Both the position numbers and the translations under genes were made by a program. The notes beneath the pieces are model-generated. The model made no database searches. It was not told the origin of the DNA and saw only the letters and a list, made by a program, of their open reading frames with translations. DNA of 63,328 bases, filler included, from Clostridiaceae bacterium (GTDB taxonomy: Bacteria; Bacillota; Clostridia; CAYPLH01; DUMO01): assembly GCA_012839865.1 (NCBI GenBank). It is 4 parts of 4 records of this genome, joined end to end, with 100 filler letters (N's around TTAATTAATTAA, not from the genome) between each part and the next. Parts side by side here need not be neighbours in the genome. Positions count along the whole stretch, not along the records: positions 1 to 22,895 come from DUMO01000058.1; 3 more parts are not named here. One strand, written 5' to 3'. This document shows, piece by piece, positions 1 through 9,703 of the stretch (position 1 is the stretch's first letter; each line of letters begins with the position of its first letter).

Positions 1-67
1 CATATCTTGTTGATAATATAATTAAAAAATACTATAATCATTTTAAATTGTGGAAAGGTGAAATCAG

Positions 68-931
68 GTGCCGTTTATGGAAAGCAATCTTGCCAATTTA
101 TCAATAAACGAATTTGAAATTAACTACAATAAAGCACTTGAGAAAGTTAATATGCCAATGTATCATTACCATGATACATTTGAAATTTATTACCTTTTAT
201 CGGGTGAAAGGTTTTATTTCATTAAGGACCGGACTTACCACGTAATGAAAGGAGATTTGGTTTTTATAAACATCGGGGACCTTCACAAGACTACCTCAAC
301 ACCAAAACCTGCTCATGCAAGACTGGTAATCAACTTCAAAGAGTCCTTTATCCATCCGTTGGCTGATTGCAGCAGCACCAACATTCTGGATGTCTTTAAA
401 CGGGAAATAAACCTGATCCGTTTGGGGGCAATGGAGCAAAATGAAGTTGAACAGATTCTTCATAAAATCCATTCCGAATACAAAAACAGTGAACAATTTT
501 CCATGCTCAATATAAAATCTCTTTTGCTCCAACTGCTAATTTTTATGAACCGGTACAAGAATCCTTTAACTGAATCAAATATTAGGCATCCAAGTGCCAT
601 TCACGGGAAAATTTACGAAGTAGTTCAATTCATAAATCAAAACTATTCTGATAGGTTGAAGCTTGAGAATCTTGCAAAGAAGTTTTATTTCAGTCCTTTT
701 TACCTTTGCAAAATGTTTAAACAGGTCACAGGCTTTTCCTTTACCGAGTATTTAAACAGTGTAAGAATCAAAGAATCCCAGAAGTTGTTAAGAGAGACAT
801 CCCTGCCGATTTCAGAGATAGCTTGCAAGGTAGGATATGACAATCTGACTCATTATGGCAGGGTTTTTAAGGAAATTTCCGGTACCACTCCAACCGGTTA
901 CAGAAAAAATTTAATAACGCAGAAAGGATAG
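68..931 (+). CDS. AraC-family transcriptional regulator (N-terminal cupin, C-terminal double HTH)
   Basis: HYHDTFEIYY cupin motif; C-terminal YLCKMFKQVTG...IACKVGYDNLTHYGRVFKEISGTTPTGYR AraC signature. True start may be ATG 77. Confidence 0.9.
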   Translation: MPFMESNLANLSINEFEINYNKALEKVNMPMYHYHDTFEIYYLLSGERFYFIKDRTYHVMKGDLVFINIGDLHKTTSTPKPAHARLVINFKESFIHPLADCSSTNILDVFKREINLIRLGAMEQNEVEQILHKIHSEYKNSEQFSMLNIKSLLLQLLIFMNRYKNPLTESNIRHPSAIHGKIYEVVQFINQNYSDRLKLENLAKKFYFSPFYLCKMFKQVTGFSFTEYLNSVRIKESQKLLRETSLPISEIACKVGYDNLTHYGRVFKEISGTTPTGYRKNLITQKG

Positions 932-1099
932 GTATTTTAAGATAATTGCTCGTTCAATAGTGGCAAAATCGGCTTAATACCATTTTTTCTGTAAAAAATG
1001 CAAAATTAAATTAAAAATGTTTGTCGGACAGGGAAATTTTTCTTGACTTAAAAAAAATGTAAAATATTTTGCAATATAATGCAAATAAAAAAAGGAAAA

Positions 1100-1128
1100 T
1101 TGACATTTAAGTAGAATATTATTATAAG
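1100..1128 (+). promoter_or_regulatory. sigma-A type promoter
   Basis: TTGACA (1100-1105), 17-nt spacer, TATAAG (1123-1128), about 50 nt upstream of ATG 1179, which has an AGGAGG RBS. Confidence 0.6.
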
Positions 1129-1178
1129 ATTATATCCGGGGTTCTTGCGACTTAAGCCCGCAGGAGGTTAAATTTTAT

Positions 1179-1856
1179 ATGGATAATTTAAACATGATTG
1201 ATGACATTGAAAACCAGGTTGATAAGACAGTCGCAATGGAATGGCTTATTAATAAGCTCAATGGAGTTATTTCATCCAGAGTTGTAACAAATGAAAAAGA
1301 TGAAATAATTGAAATGCACATTCTTGCAAACTACACCAGATCACCAAAGCAAATTGTAAGGGACATACAATCGGCTTTGGCAGCTGTTTATGATTTGGAG
1401 ATAGATCATAGGATAATAAGCATTGCTCAAATCGATGACGGCCTGGAAGCTCCCAAAAGCAATGATTTACGGCTTAAGCTCAACAATATCCAGGTCACGG
1501 CGGACGAGTTCAATCTGGAAGTAAAAGTTGTACTTTCATTAAAGGATAAGTTGTTTGAAGGCAAAGCTACAGGTGTTAATTCTGCGGCTGCCAAGCCTCA
1601 CATTGTTACTGAGGCAACAATAGACGCAATTCACACATTTTTAGGCAGGAAGAATGTTTTTTCAGTAGTTGATGTTAAAAAAATAAACATTAACGAGTTG
1701 AGCGCTTATATAGTTGTTACCTGCTTTATTAACAGCCAGCAGAACGAAATGCTGATTGGCGCTTCATTGTTAAAAAATGACGAATATTATGCAATAATAA
1801 GAGCTGCACTGGATTCTGTAAACAGGATTTTAAGTAAAGTATCGGAGAAAAATTAA
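1179..1856 (+). CDS. Conserved hypothetical cytoplasmic protein (225 aa); C-terminal half resembles tandem beta-beta-beta-alpha repeats like the LeuA regulatory domain
   Basis: Long ORF with AGGAGG RBS and own promoter; motifs SPKQIVRDIQSAL and AIIRAALDSVNRIL; fold resemblance judged by eye only. Confidence 0.8.
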   Translation: MDNLNMIDDIENQVDKTVAMEWLINKLNGVISSRVVTNEKDEIIEMHILANYTRSPKQIVRDIQSALAAVYDLEIDHRIISIAQIDDGLEAPKSNDLRLKLNNIQVTADEFNLEVKVVLSLKDKLFEGKATGVNSAAAKPHIVTEATIDAIHTFLGRKNVFSVVDVKKININELSAYIVVTCFINSQQNEMLIGASLLKNDEYYAIIRAALDSVNRILSKVSEKN

Positions 1857-2034
1857 ATATTGCTTAAACTGAAAAATGCAGTTGAGCATGTTTACAATAA
1901 AAAAATGCCAAAGCAATTCATTTTAGTTGATGTTGTATTGGAGAACGCTAATCTACTTAAAACTTGTAAAATGCCGGATAATTTAATAAAATACATAAGC
2001 AGTACAGAACCGTAAAACCGGTAAATAATTTTTG

Positions 2035-2243
2035 ATATAGGCCGGATAAGCGAAGCGGAATATAGCCTGCCTAAATAGCGGAATAGGTGGAGATGCATAA
2101 TAAAGGAGGCTATATTAATGAAAAAGGTTTTGAAGGCTCTCGGAGCAATAATCGCTATGGTTCTTTCAGCCGGAGCTCAGTTCTTCTGGCTGTAATTTTT
2201 AGCATGTAGTATACAAAACAATTGTTAAACATCCGGCCTATAT
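2035..2243 (+). promoter_or_regulatory. Structured leader around the small peptide ORF (anti-SD pairing, flanking inverted repeat, GGA repeats)
   Basis: AATATAGCCT (2059-2068) is the exact reverse complement of AGGCTATATT (2107-2116), which overlaps the SD; ATATAGGCCGGAT (2035-2047) pairs with ATCCGGCCTATAT (2231-2243); AGCGGAATA repeated at 2054 and 2077. Confidence 0.4.
2118..2195 (+). CDS. Unannotated 25-aa peptide MKKVLKALGAIIAMVLSAGAQFFWL, putative signalling-peptide precursor
   Basis: Strong AAAGGAGG RBS with 8 nt between it and ATG 2118; TAA 2193-2195; cationic N-terminus, hydrophobic core, A-G-A then QFFWL. Below the ORF-track cutoff. Confidence 0.65.
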   Translation: MKKVLKALGAIIAMVLSAGAQFFWL

Positions 2244-2301
2244 AAAAAGTTATTTTATTTATTCCAGGCTGGAACAACTAAAGATAAGATGAGGAATTAT
2301 A

Positions 2302-3612
2302 ATGGAAAACACAAAGAAATCAGCGGTAATTTATACATATTTTATAATTTTAACAGGTGCAGCATTACTGATATATTACTCAATAAACACTACATTTCAC
2401 GACATCCCGGGTATGCTTTTCATGGCTTTGCTAAGCATTACTGCGGAGTCCCTGGCTTTACCCCTTGAAAAAGACAAAGGGATATCAGTCGGGTTTGCTA
2501 TTACATTATGTTCAATTCTTACCTTTGGTCCTGTGGGAGCTGCATGGATAACAACCGCAGGCGCACTGTTCAAAATACTTTATGTCAAAGATAAAGGATA
2601 TATTCATCTTTTCAATACACCTTTTTACAAAACTGCATTCAACGCATCCAACTATATTATATCCTGCTTGATTTCCGGTTGGGTTTACATGCGGGCCGGC
2701 GGCGAAATCCTGGGTCTGCAAGCCACAACTATTTACGAAGCATTTGAATCACTGGCTAAAGCAGTAATACCTCTTATATTATTGACAATAACATTTCTGA
2801 CCGTTAATTCAGGCATCCTTTCAGTATTGTTCAAGCTGATGACAAAGCAGTATTATTTATCACAGTGGTTGCAAAGTTTCAAATGGACATTGCCAAACCT
2901 TTTTGCCGTAGCTGCTCTCGGAATAATCATAACAATTACATATCATTCTCTCGGCATCCTTGCAGTCTTGCTCTTTTTCAGCCCGCTGCTTCTGGCAAGG
3001 TATACTTTCAAGCTTTATATAAATATGCGAAACGTATACTTTGAAACCATTCAAGCCCTTATAGCAGCCGTTGAGGCCAAAGACAAGTACACTGAAGGCC
3101 ATTCCAGGCGGGTTGAGAAATACGCATCCCTTATTGCCCGGGAAATGAAGCTCTCGCCTGCCCAGCAGGAAATATTAAGATACGCGGCACTGCTCCATGA
3201 TATTGGCAAAATAGGTATATCCGAAGTTATTTTGAATAAAACCTCTGAACTTACCAAGTCCGAGTTTGACCAAATTAAGGAGCATCCTACAATCGGGTAC
3301 AGGATCCTGGAAGAAGTGGACTTTTTGAAGCAGGCAAAAGAAATAATACTTTACCATCACGAAAGATATGACGGTAGTGGTTATCCCAACCGGATCAACG
3401 GCGGGAGAATTCCTCTTGAGGCATCAATAATGGCAGTTGCCGATGCTTTTGATGCAATGACCTCCGATCGTCCTTATAGAAAATCCCTGGGAAGCAAAAA
3501 AGCTGTCGAAGAATTATTAAAAAATTCAGGAACACAGTTTTCCCCCGAAGTGGTGAATGTATTTATTAAAGCACTTCAAAAGAATAATATGATAAACGAC
3601 ATTGCCTCTTAA
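2302..3612 (+). CDS. Membrane-anchored HD-GYP cyclic dinucleotide phosphodiesterase with multi-TM N-terminal sensor
   Basis: About 7 hydrophobic segments, then TEGHSRRV, LLHDIGKIG, EHPTIG, HHERYDGSGYP, AVADAFDAMTSDRPYR; the metal-ligand motifs are present. Confidence 0.92.
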   Translation: MENTKKSAVIYTYFIILTGAALLIYYSINTTFHDIPGMLFMALLSITAESLALPLEKDKGISVGFAITLCSILTFGPVGAAWITTAGALFKILYVKDKGYIHLFNTPFYKTAFNASNYIISCLISGWVYMRAGGEILGLQATTIYEAFESLAKAVIPLILLTITFLTVNSGILSVLFKLMTKQYYLSQWLQSFKWTLPNLFAVAALGIIITITYHSLGILAVLLFFSPLLLARYTFKLYINMRNVYFETIQALIAAVEAKDKYTEGHSRRVEKYASLIAREMKLSPAQQEILRYAALLHDIGKIGISEVILNKTSELTKSEFDQIKEHPTIGYRILEEVDFLKQAKEIILYHHERYDGSGYPNRINGGRIPLEASIMAVADAFDAMTSDRPYRKSLGSKKAVEELLKNSGTQFSPEVVNVFIKALQKNNMINDIAS

Positions 3613-3827
3613 TAAAAATTTTCAACAGGGCAAGGCTGATGTATTAATAAAAAGCCTTATAGACCGCGATATAGCCGGACTAAAAAAAATTTATGGAAAA
3701 TGGATAGACATTAACAAAATTCAATAATTAGGATATAATATATTAGTGTTTACAAAGCAAAACCTGATATTTGCGGAAAACAAGACTCTTACATAGCTTA
3801 AATTTTATAGAAGGCAGGAATTAGCGA

Positions 3828-5147
3828 ATGAGATGGCTGGAAATTAATAAATCTGCTCCATTAAAAGGTACCATCAAGGTACCCGGTTCAAAGAACAGTT
3901 CTCTTGGATTGCTGGCAGCAAGCTGCCTTGCAGATGAACCTGTAACACTGGAAAATATACCGAACATTAATGATATAAAAGTAATGTCTGAAATTGGTGA
4001 GGAAATCGGATTAATAATCAACAGGCAAAAAAACAATTTGATAATCGACCCAAGAAAAATATACTCGTCAACTGTCAATCCTGTTAAATCTGCTGAGTTT
4101 CGCACAGCATATTATTTTATAGGTTCCCTCATTGCAAAATTTGGCAAGGTTACCGTAGGTTTCCCCGGGGGCGATAAAATCGGCCCGAGACCTATAGACC
4201 AGCATATTAAAGGATTTAAAGCCCTTGGCGCAGATGTGGAATTTTTTAATGATTATTATGTAGTAAAGGCTGATAAACTTGTCGGCACCGACATTTATTT
4301 TGACGTAATAACATCCGGAGCTACTATTAATCTTATGATGGCGGCAGTTCGCGCCTTTGGAAAAACTACTCTTCATAATGCTGCAAGGGATCCTGAAGTT
4401 GTCGATATTGCAATTTTCCTCAATAAAATGGGAGCAAGAATTTTCGGTGCCGGTACTGACACAATAAGAATAGAAGGTGTGAATTCTCTAAAGGGGTGCA
4501 CCCATCAGGTAATACCTGACAGGCTGATAGCAGGCACGTATCTTATCGGCGCAGGCGTATGTGGCGGAGAAATTACAGTAAACGATGTAATACCCGAGCA
4601 TCTTGAGTCCTGTATTGAAAAGCTTACGGAAATAGGAGTTGCAATCGAGAAATCCGACAACTCCATCACCGCCTATGGTACGGAAGATTTGAAACCTACT
4701 CGTGTAAGGGCTGGTATGTATCCTGTATTTGGAAGTGATCTCCAGCAGCCTTTGACAACCTTGTTGCTTAAAGCAAATGGAAGAAGTCACATAATAGACA
4801 GTGTCTTCCCTGAAAGATTCCACCACTGCGTCCAACTCAGAAGAATGGGTGCAGATATACAAATACAAAAAGGAGGAGCCTATATAAACGGAGTAAGTCC
4901 TCTGACGGGAGCCTGGGTCCACGCATCCGACATCAGGGCAGGTACCTGTCTTATTCTTGCCGGGCTCATAGCTGAAAAGACCACATTTATTACAGGGGTT
5001 GAGCATATTGAGCGGGGTTATGAAGATATTGTAAAGGATTTCAGATCCCTGGGTGCGGATATCAGATTATCTTCAGATAATATTGAAGAAGATATAAGAG
5101 AACCTTTTATATTAAGCAGTGCTGCAAAAATTTATCCGGTAGTTTGA
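3828..5147 (+). CDS. murA: UDP-N-acetylglucosamine 1-carboxyvinyltransferase (Asp-type active site)
   Basis: GSKNSSL, FPGGDKIGPRPIDQH, NAARDPEV, IPDRLIAGT, DIRAG, HIERGYE motifs. Confidence 0.93.
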   Translation: MRWLEINKSAPLKGTIKVPGSKNSSLGLLAASCLADEPVTLENIPNINDIKVMSEIGEEIGLIINRQKNNLIIDPRKIYSSTVNPVKSAEFRTAYYFIGSLIAKFGKVTVGFPGGDKIGPRPIDQHIKGFKALGADVEFFNDYYVVKADKLVGTDIYFDVITSGATINLMMAAVRAFGKTTLHNAARDPEVVDIAIFLNKMGARIFGAGTDTIRIEGVNSLKGCTHQVIPDRLIAGTYLIGAGVCGGEITVNDVIPEHLESCIEKLTEIGVAIEKSDNSITAYGTEDLKPTRVRAGMYPVFGSDLQQPLTTLLLKANGRSHIIDSVFPERFHHCVQLRRMGADIQIQKGGAYINGVSPLTGAWVHASDIRAGTCLILAGLIAEKTTFITGVEHIERGYEDIVKDFRSLGADIRLSSDNIEEDIREPFILSSAAKIYPVV

Positions 5148-5172
5148 GAATATTTTCATCGTAAGAACTCAC

Positions 5173-5215
5173 AGGGGGCTGTCTAAAAGGTTTTCAAACC
5201 TTGAAGACACCCCCT
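5173..5215. terminator. Imperfect hairpin between convergent genes, probable bidirectional terminator
   Basis: AGGGGGCTGTCT...AGACACCCCCT stem between the murA stop and the GH18 stop. Confidence 0.45.
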
Positions 5216-5238
5216 TGAATTTTGCAAAAGGGGCTTTT

Positions 5239-6606
5239 CTAATAAACTTTCTTTACAACAACTTCATTTGCAAGCATGGTCCATATACCCGGATCTTCCA
5301 TCCCGAGCCTCCAAAGGGCCACCCCTCTTATACCAAGTCTCCATGCAAGGCCTATTTTAGCTTTGAGGCTTCTTGCATCTTCAAACCAGACTTCATGTCT
5401 GTTGCCTTCGCTGTCGGTGTATGAAAACATGGGTGTTTGAGTTTTTTCATCAAATATTATCTCGCTGCCGTAGTTCCGGGCCCTGTTAACCGCCATCTCA
5501 TATGTCACATAAGTATTCCTTCCCGTGTCAAGGTTGAAGTCAAAGCCGAATACAGATACCGCTGCAACAATTTTCCACGCGGGCATTTTAGTCATGGTAT
5601 ACCTTACAACCCTTTCCATCCAGCCAATTGTAACAGGAGGTCCCGGAGGACTGCCAGGCCATCCGAATTCATTGTAGAGCATTACAATAAACTGGTCCAC
5701 AGCACGGCCAATCACTGAATAATCAAAGGGGTCGGAAAATGGATTAAAGGGCTCATCACTTATTCTTGCAGGTACGGAAGCTGAAAAATAGTATCCCCTG
5801 CTCCTCAATACCCTGGAAATCTCCAGATAAAGGGCTGACAGGTTTTGACTGTCTTCAATATACACGTCCTCAATATCAATATTTACTCCGTCAAAATTGT
5901 ATTGCTCTATCAGGCGTACCAGGCTGAAGGCAAAGGCTGTTCTGTTCTGTGGAACCCTGACAAGTTCCCGTACTATCTCCTTGGCAAGGGTAACTCCGCC
6001 CGGCCTGTATAAAAGGTTGTGAACCACTGGCATTATCTTTATGTTGTTTCTATGGGCAATCGCGACCAGTGTTCTTACCTCCTGATCGGTAAACTCACCG
6101 AATTTTTCAACCAGGGTGGGGTTGAACTGGCTTATTCTCCACATGAAAAGAGGCAACTGGGAAATTTGCGCCGTATTGTTAACAAAGGAATTGAATGAGG
6201 AGGGTAAAGTCGGTCCTTCCTCAAGGGTGTAAAAACCTACATTTACAACTATCGGCTTTTGTCCTCCGTATACATTGCGAATGACATTATTGGCGGAAAT
6301 CCATCCATCGCTTTCGTCATAAAGCACCACCCTGTACCAGCCCTGTACATCACCGGTCACCGGAAGGCGGGCTCCCCTCACCATAACTGTTTTTACAGGG
6401 AAATTGACTCCCGGACCGGTTCTGACATTTGACCGGTCTACATTCACAACTACCTCAGTATAAAGGGGTATTACAAGTCGCTGGCCGACAAGCAGGTTTA
6501 CGGTAGTCAAATTGTTCAAAGCCATAATGCTCTCAATTGTGGTATTGAATCTTCGAGCCAGAGCAAACAGCGTATCACCCGGTCTGACAATATATATCAT
6601 AATCAA
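5239..6606 (-). CDS. LysM + SH3 + GH18 spore cortex/germination hydrolase (YaaH/SleL-like)
   Basis: N-terminal YIVRPGDTLFALARRF LysM, NVRTGPG SH3b, FDGVNIDIE GH18 motif, GVALWRLG C-terminus. Confidence 0.88.
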   Translation of the reverse strand: MIMIYIVRPGDTLFALARRFNTTIESIMALNNLTTVNLLVGQRLVIPLYTEVVVNVDRSNVRTGPGVNFPVKTVMVRGARLPVTGDVQGWYRVVLYDESDGWISANNVIRNVYGGQKPIVVNVGFYTLEEGPTLPSSFNSFVNNTAQISQLPLFMWRISQFNPTLVEKFGEFTDQEVRTLVAIAHRNNIKIMPVVHNLLYRPGGVTLAKEIVRELVRVPQNRTAFAFSLVRLIEQYNFDGVNIDIEDVYIEDSQNLSALYLEISRVLRSRGYYFSASVPARISDEPFNPFSDPFDYSVIGRAVDQFIVMLYNEFGWPGSPPGPPVTIGWMERVVRYTMTKMPAWKIVAAVSVFGFDFNLDTGRNTYVTYEMAVNRARNYGSEIIFDEKTQTPMFSYTDSEGNRHEVWFEDARSLKAKIGLAWRLGIRGVALWRLGMEDPGIWTMLANEVVVKKVY

Positions 6607-6857
6607 CTCACTCCAAAACTTATTATTCAGTACAGTATATTCATAAGTTTACTAAAAGTGAATCGCTGTCGTTATGCGTGATTCAAAGCCAATATATCAG
6701 GACCGGTACATTTTTTAGCAATTCTATATCCTAACATGCAACAAACCACATGTTTTTTTATATATTGGTATGGGTAAGCATCAAAGTTATCCACAACAGA
6801 CTGACCTTTTGGCTAAATTAATTTTAGATTCGTCTTGCAATTTTAAGGAGGATTCAC

Positions 6858-7136
6858 ATGGGGAACAGGATACCAGGCATATTATACAGAAGAGGTCCAT
6901 TATACGCCAATTCAAGAAGACTGCATGAAGATACGGAAAAACAACATGAAGAAGAAGTCAAGACAGAAACCATACCATCCGAACCGGAAACCCAGGCAAA
7001 CACCAGGGCGGCAAATGATGCGAAATTTAACGCTGAAAAAAATGCCGGATCCCGGTTTTGTTTCAGCTTTATTTCAAGGGATATAATCATCATTGCTGTT
7101 ATATTGGTTATTATTCTGTTTATTCTTAGGGATTAG
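6858..7136 (+). CDS. Small hypothetical protein with C-terminal membrane anchor
   Basis: AAGGAGG RBS; acidic N-terminal part and IIIIAVILVIILFIL tail. Confidence 0.6.
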   Translation: MGNRIPGILYRRGPLYANSRRLHEDTEKQHEEEVKTETIPSEPETQANTRAANDAKFNAEKNAGSRFCFSFISRDIIIIAVILVIILFILRD

Positions 7137-7156
7137 CATGTGGCATGCTCCAAAGG

Positions 7157-8422
7157 TCAACCGGCTGACCTGTTGAAACCTTTGAAGCGTGCCACAAGGT
7201 TTCTTATTATGCTGAGATTCTGGAAGTAATTTATGTTATATGTTACTTCCCTCTCTCTTGGTACGCTTACTATGCCAAGATTATTGATTCCTGACGGGAA
7301 GAACCTGTACTCATAGGTTTTCTCCCTGCCATCCCACATTTTTGCATTAATCCATACAAAATTCGGGTAGCTTTTCAGGACTTCCCTTACGCCATCTTCG
7401 GTCTGTATGTCTTTCCCGTTTATTTGTAAAATTATGTCTCCACGTTTCAGCCCAATTTTTTCTGCATTTGAATATGGCAGTACATCCAAAATTCTAAGGC
7501 CTCTTTCCACCGGTTCAAATAGTGGTTTCCCCTGCTGTTCCCTTCGATTTGAATGCAGTATTATCATTTCATGCGCCGCTACTGCAAATATTACCCCTAA
7601 TATTTTAAAAGCAAAAATTTTCTCCGAAGCTATTGCAATCAGAAGCATAACGAAACTAAAAGCAAGTATGTATGCTGCATTGGAGCGGCTTACCCTTTCT
7701 GGAGGTCTTGTTATTGCAACCTCTGAATAATTTATTATGGCCAGGAGGCTTGCAAATCCTAAAGCCGGCATGGCCTGTTTGATTAATCCTTCGCTGAAAA
7801 GGGGCCACCATGCGGCTTCAATATTTTGAACGAATCCGAGTCCCTGTCCTTCCTGAAGAATTGTAAGCAAAACAACCGGTATAGGCCAGAAACGCTGAGT
7901 AATGAATGCTCCGGTAATTCCGTCCTTGCTCTTGATTATTATTGGAACATTATCTTTGCCGGCATTAATTAATATCAGAATTCCCTCTATTAAATGCAAT
8001 ATCGCAACCAGCATTAAAACAGATGTTATATTAACATCAGGTCTTTTGAACACCAGGCTGAAAGCAGCCAATATCCCGCCGGCATAGGAAAAGCATACAT
8101 ACCTTATATTGACAAATAAAAGGAATGCCATTATTAAAAACAAATAGTTAAAGGTCTCCAGGCTTATTGTAATACCGGTAAAAACAACAACAAGGCTGGT
8201 AATAAATCCTGCAACAAGTCCTGCCAGTATTATTTCCTCTATCATATTGCGAAGGGACTTTGCAGGATAGCCTGATGTCTCCCGGTAAAACTCAAGATAT
8301 TTTTCATATTGCTTCCTGATAAACACAATAACTATTACATAAATAAATATAAACACATAATTAAATAATATTGAGTGCAGCATTGCCCCTGCAACTTCAG
8401 ATATTATTTTAGCAATCGGCAA
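7157..8422 (-). CDS. Multi-TM membrane protein with C-terminal PDZ domain (MinJ/YvjD-like)
   Basis: Many TM segments, RYVCFSYAGG, QRFWPIP, PDZ segment GLRILDVLPYSNAEKIGLKRGDIILQING; TTG start with GGCGGGAG RBS. Confidence 0.8.
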   Translation of the reverse strand: MPIAKIISEVAGAMLHSILFNYVFIFIYVIVIVFIRKQYEKYLEFYRETSGYPAKSLRNMIEEIILAGLVAGFITSLVVVFTGITISLETFNYLFLIMAFLLFVNIRYVCFSYAGGILAAFSLVFKRPDVNITSVLMLVAILHLIEGILILINAGKDNVPIIIKSKDGITGAFITQRFWPIPVVLLTILQEGQGLGFVQNIEAAWWPLFSEGLIKQAMPALGFASLLAIINYSEVAITRPPERVSRSNAAYILAFSFVMLLIAIASEKIFAFKILGVIFAVAAHEMIILHSNRREQQGKPLFEPVERGLRILDVLPYSNAEKIGLKRGDIILQINGKDIQTEDGVREVLKSYPNFVWINAKMWDGREKTYEYRFFPSGINNLGIVSVPREREVTYNINYFQNLSIIRNLVARFKGFNRSAG

Positions 8423-8465
8423 TTATGTTCAACTCCCGCCAAGTTATTCGATTTGCCCTGTTTTT

Positions 8466-9476
8466 TTATGTGCTCCTCTCATAGCGTACTATATCCATGA
8501 TGAATTTGAGAGGCTCTCCGTTGATAAATCTTTTAATATTATCTAAACAGATCTTTTCATATTTTTTAAGCTCCCAGGGCTTCTCAGGCCATCCTATTTT
8601 AGAAACCTGATGGCACGTCAGTATCAGGTTTTCCCACTTCCGTGCCGGATGTCCCTCAGGCAGTCTGTCATTTACAGCAAGCACGTCCAGTCCGGCTCTG
8701 AGCCTTCCTTTCTCAAGCTCTGCAAACAAAGCGTCCTGGTCTATAATATCTCCCCTGGCTGTATTGATAATGATACCGTTGTCAGGAAGCAATGCAAGGA
8801 GCTCCGCATTTACACTACCCCTTGTTTCATCACTCAGCCCTGCGTGTATCGCTATTGCTTCCGACTTTTCAAAAAGCTCCCTCAGGGTTTCCACCTTTGT
8901 GCAATAGTCAGGCAGTTCTTTTACATATGGATCAAATACATATTGTTTTGCACCGAATACATGAAGAATTTCAGCAAAACGCCGTCCAATTACACCAAAA
9001 CCGTATAACCCTACATTGAGTCCTTCCAGGGTTCCTGAAGCGTACCTTGGATCTGAATCTCCCCATTCATCCCTTCTGACATTCGCAACTCTCATATGTA
9101 GATCCTTTAACACCGCCAAGAGCAGGCTTACAGCCCCCTCAGCCACATTATTGGCAGGAGCGTCCCCCCAGTTTGTAACATAAATATTTTCCGATTCTAT
9201 AATTTTCTTTGGAATATATCTTCTCAACTCTCCGGTAATATGACAGCAATATCTCAACCTGCCCGGATTATCTGCAATTTCTTCAGGAACCGGCAGAGCA
9301 CCCCACATTGTCAGTACTATGTCATTTTGACGAATCATTTCAGCTCTTTCACTTTCGGAAATATGGGTGGCATCAGGTATCAGCGTCAACTCTCCCAATT
9401 CTCTGAGAGCATCTATAAAAGGTCCGTCGGCCGGCATTCTTGAACTTTTGCCGCCCAGATAAATCATTTTCAGCAT
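8466..9476 (-). CDS. D-isomer-specific 2-hydroxyacid dehydrogenase family protein
   Basis: GLYGFGVIG Rossmann motif, INTARG, AGLDV, LTCH. Confidence 0.88.
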   Translation of the reverse strand: MLKMIYLGGKSSRMPADGPFIDALRELGELTLIPDATHISESERAEMIRQNDIVLTMWGALPVPEEIADNPGRLRYCCHITGELRRYIPKKIIESENIYVTNWGDAPANNVAEGAVSLLLAVLKDLHMRVANVRRDEWGDSDPRYASGTLEGLNVGLYGFGVIGRRFAEILHVFGAKQYVFDPYVKELPDYCTKVETLRELFEKSEAIAIHAGLSDETRGSVNAELLALLPDNGIIINTARGDIIDQDALFAELEKGRLRAGLDVLAVNDRLPEGHPARKWENLILTCHQVSKIGWPEKPWELKKYEKICLDNIKRFINGEPLKFIMDIVRYERST

Positions 9477-9703
9477 AAAACACCTCCGTGGTAAATTGCT
9501 TGTTTTCTGATAAATTTATAAGCTCTATAAAATTATAACTTAATTATACAGTAAAAAATACTTACTTCCAAATTAAATCAGAAAATAATTTGAAGGTAAG
9601 CATTTTCCAAGTTAATATTCAATCAATGGCCTTAATTAATCTTTTAATTGCAGCAGCAAACTTGTTATTTAATAATTTAATGTACTTTTTTAATATCTCA
9701 AAC

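Noticed and set aside
2035..2116. c-di-GMP-I/II riboswitch upstream of the HD-GYP gene
   Set aside because: Lacks the GGCAAA/GNRA/GCAAAG or pseudoknot consensus features as I recall them; kept only as an unassigned structured leader.
2118..2195. AgrD cyclic-lactone precursor
   Set aside because: No ring-forming Cys/Ser followed by a charged C-terminal tail, and no agrB/agrC nearby.
5173..5215. IS1182-like terminal repeats (GGGGCTGTCT...AGACACCCC) as a MITE relic
   Set aside because: Only about 43 nt, imperfect, between convergent genes; a terminator explains it.
6787..6795. Perfect DnaA box TTATCCACA (another at 23700-23708)
   Set aside because: Isolated single 9-mers, one inside a CDS; no cluster, so not oriC.
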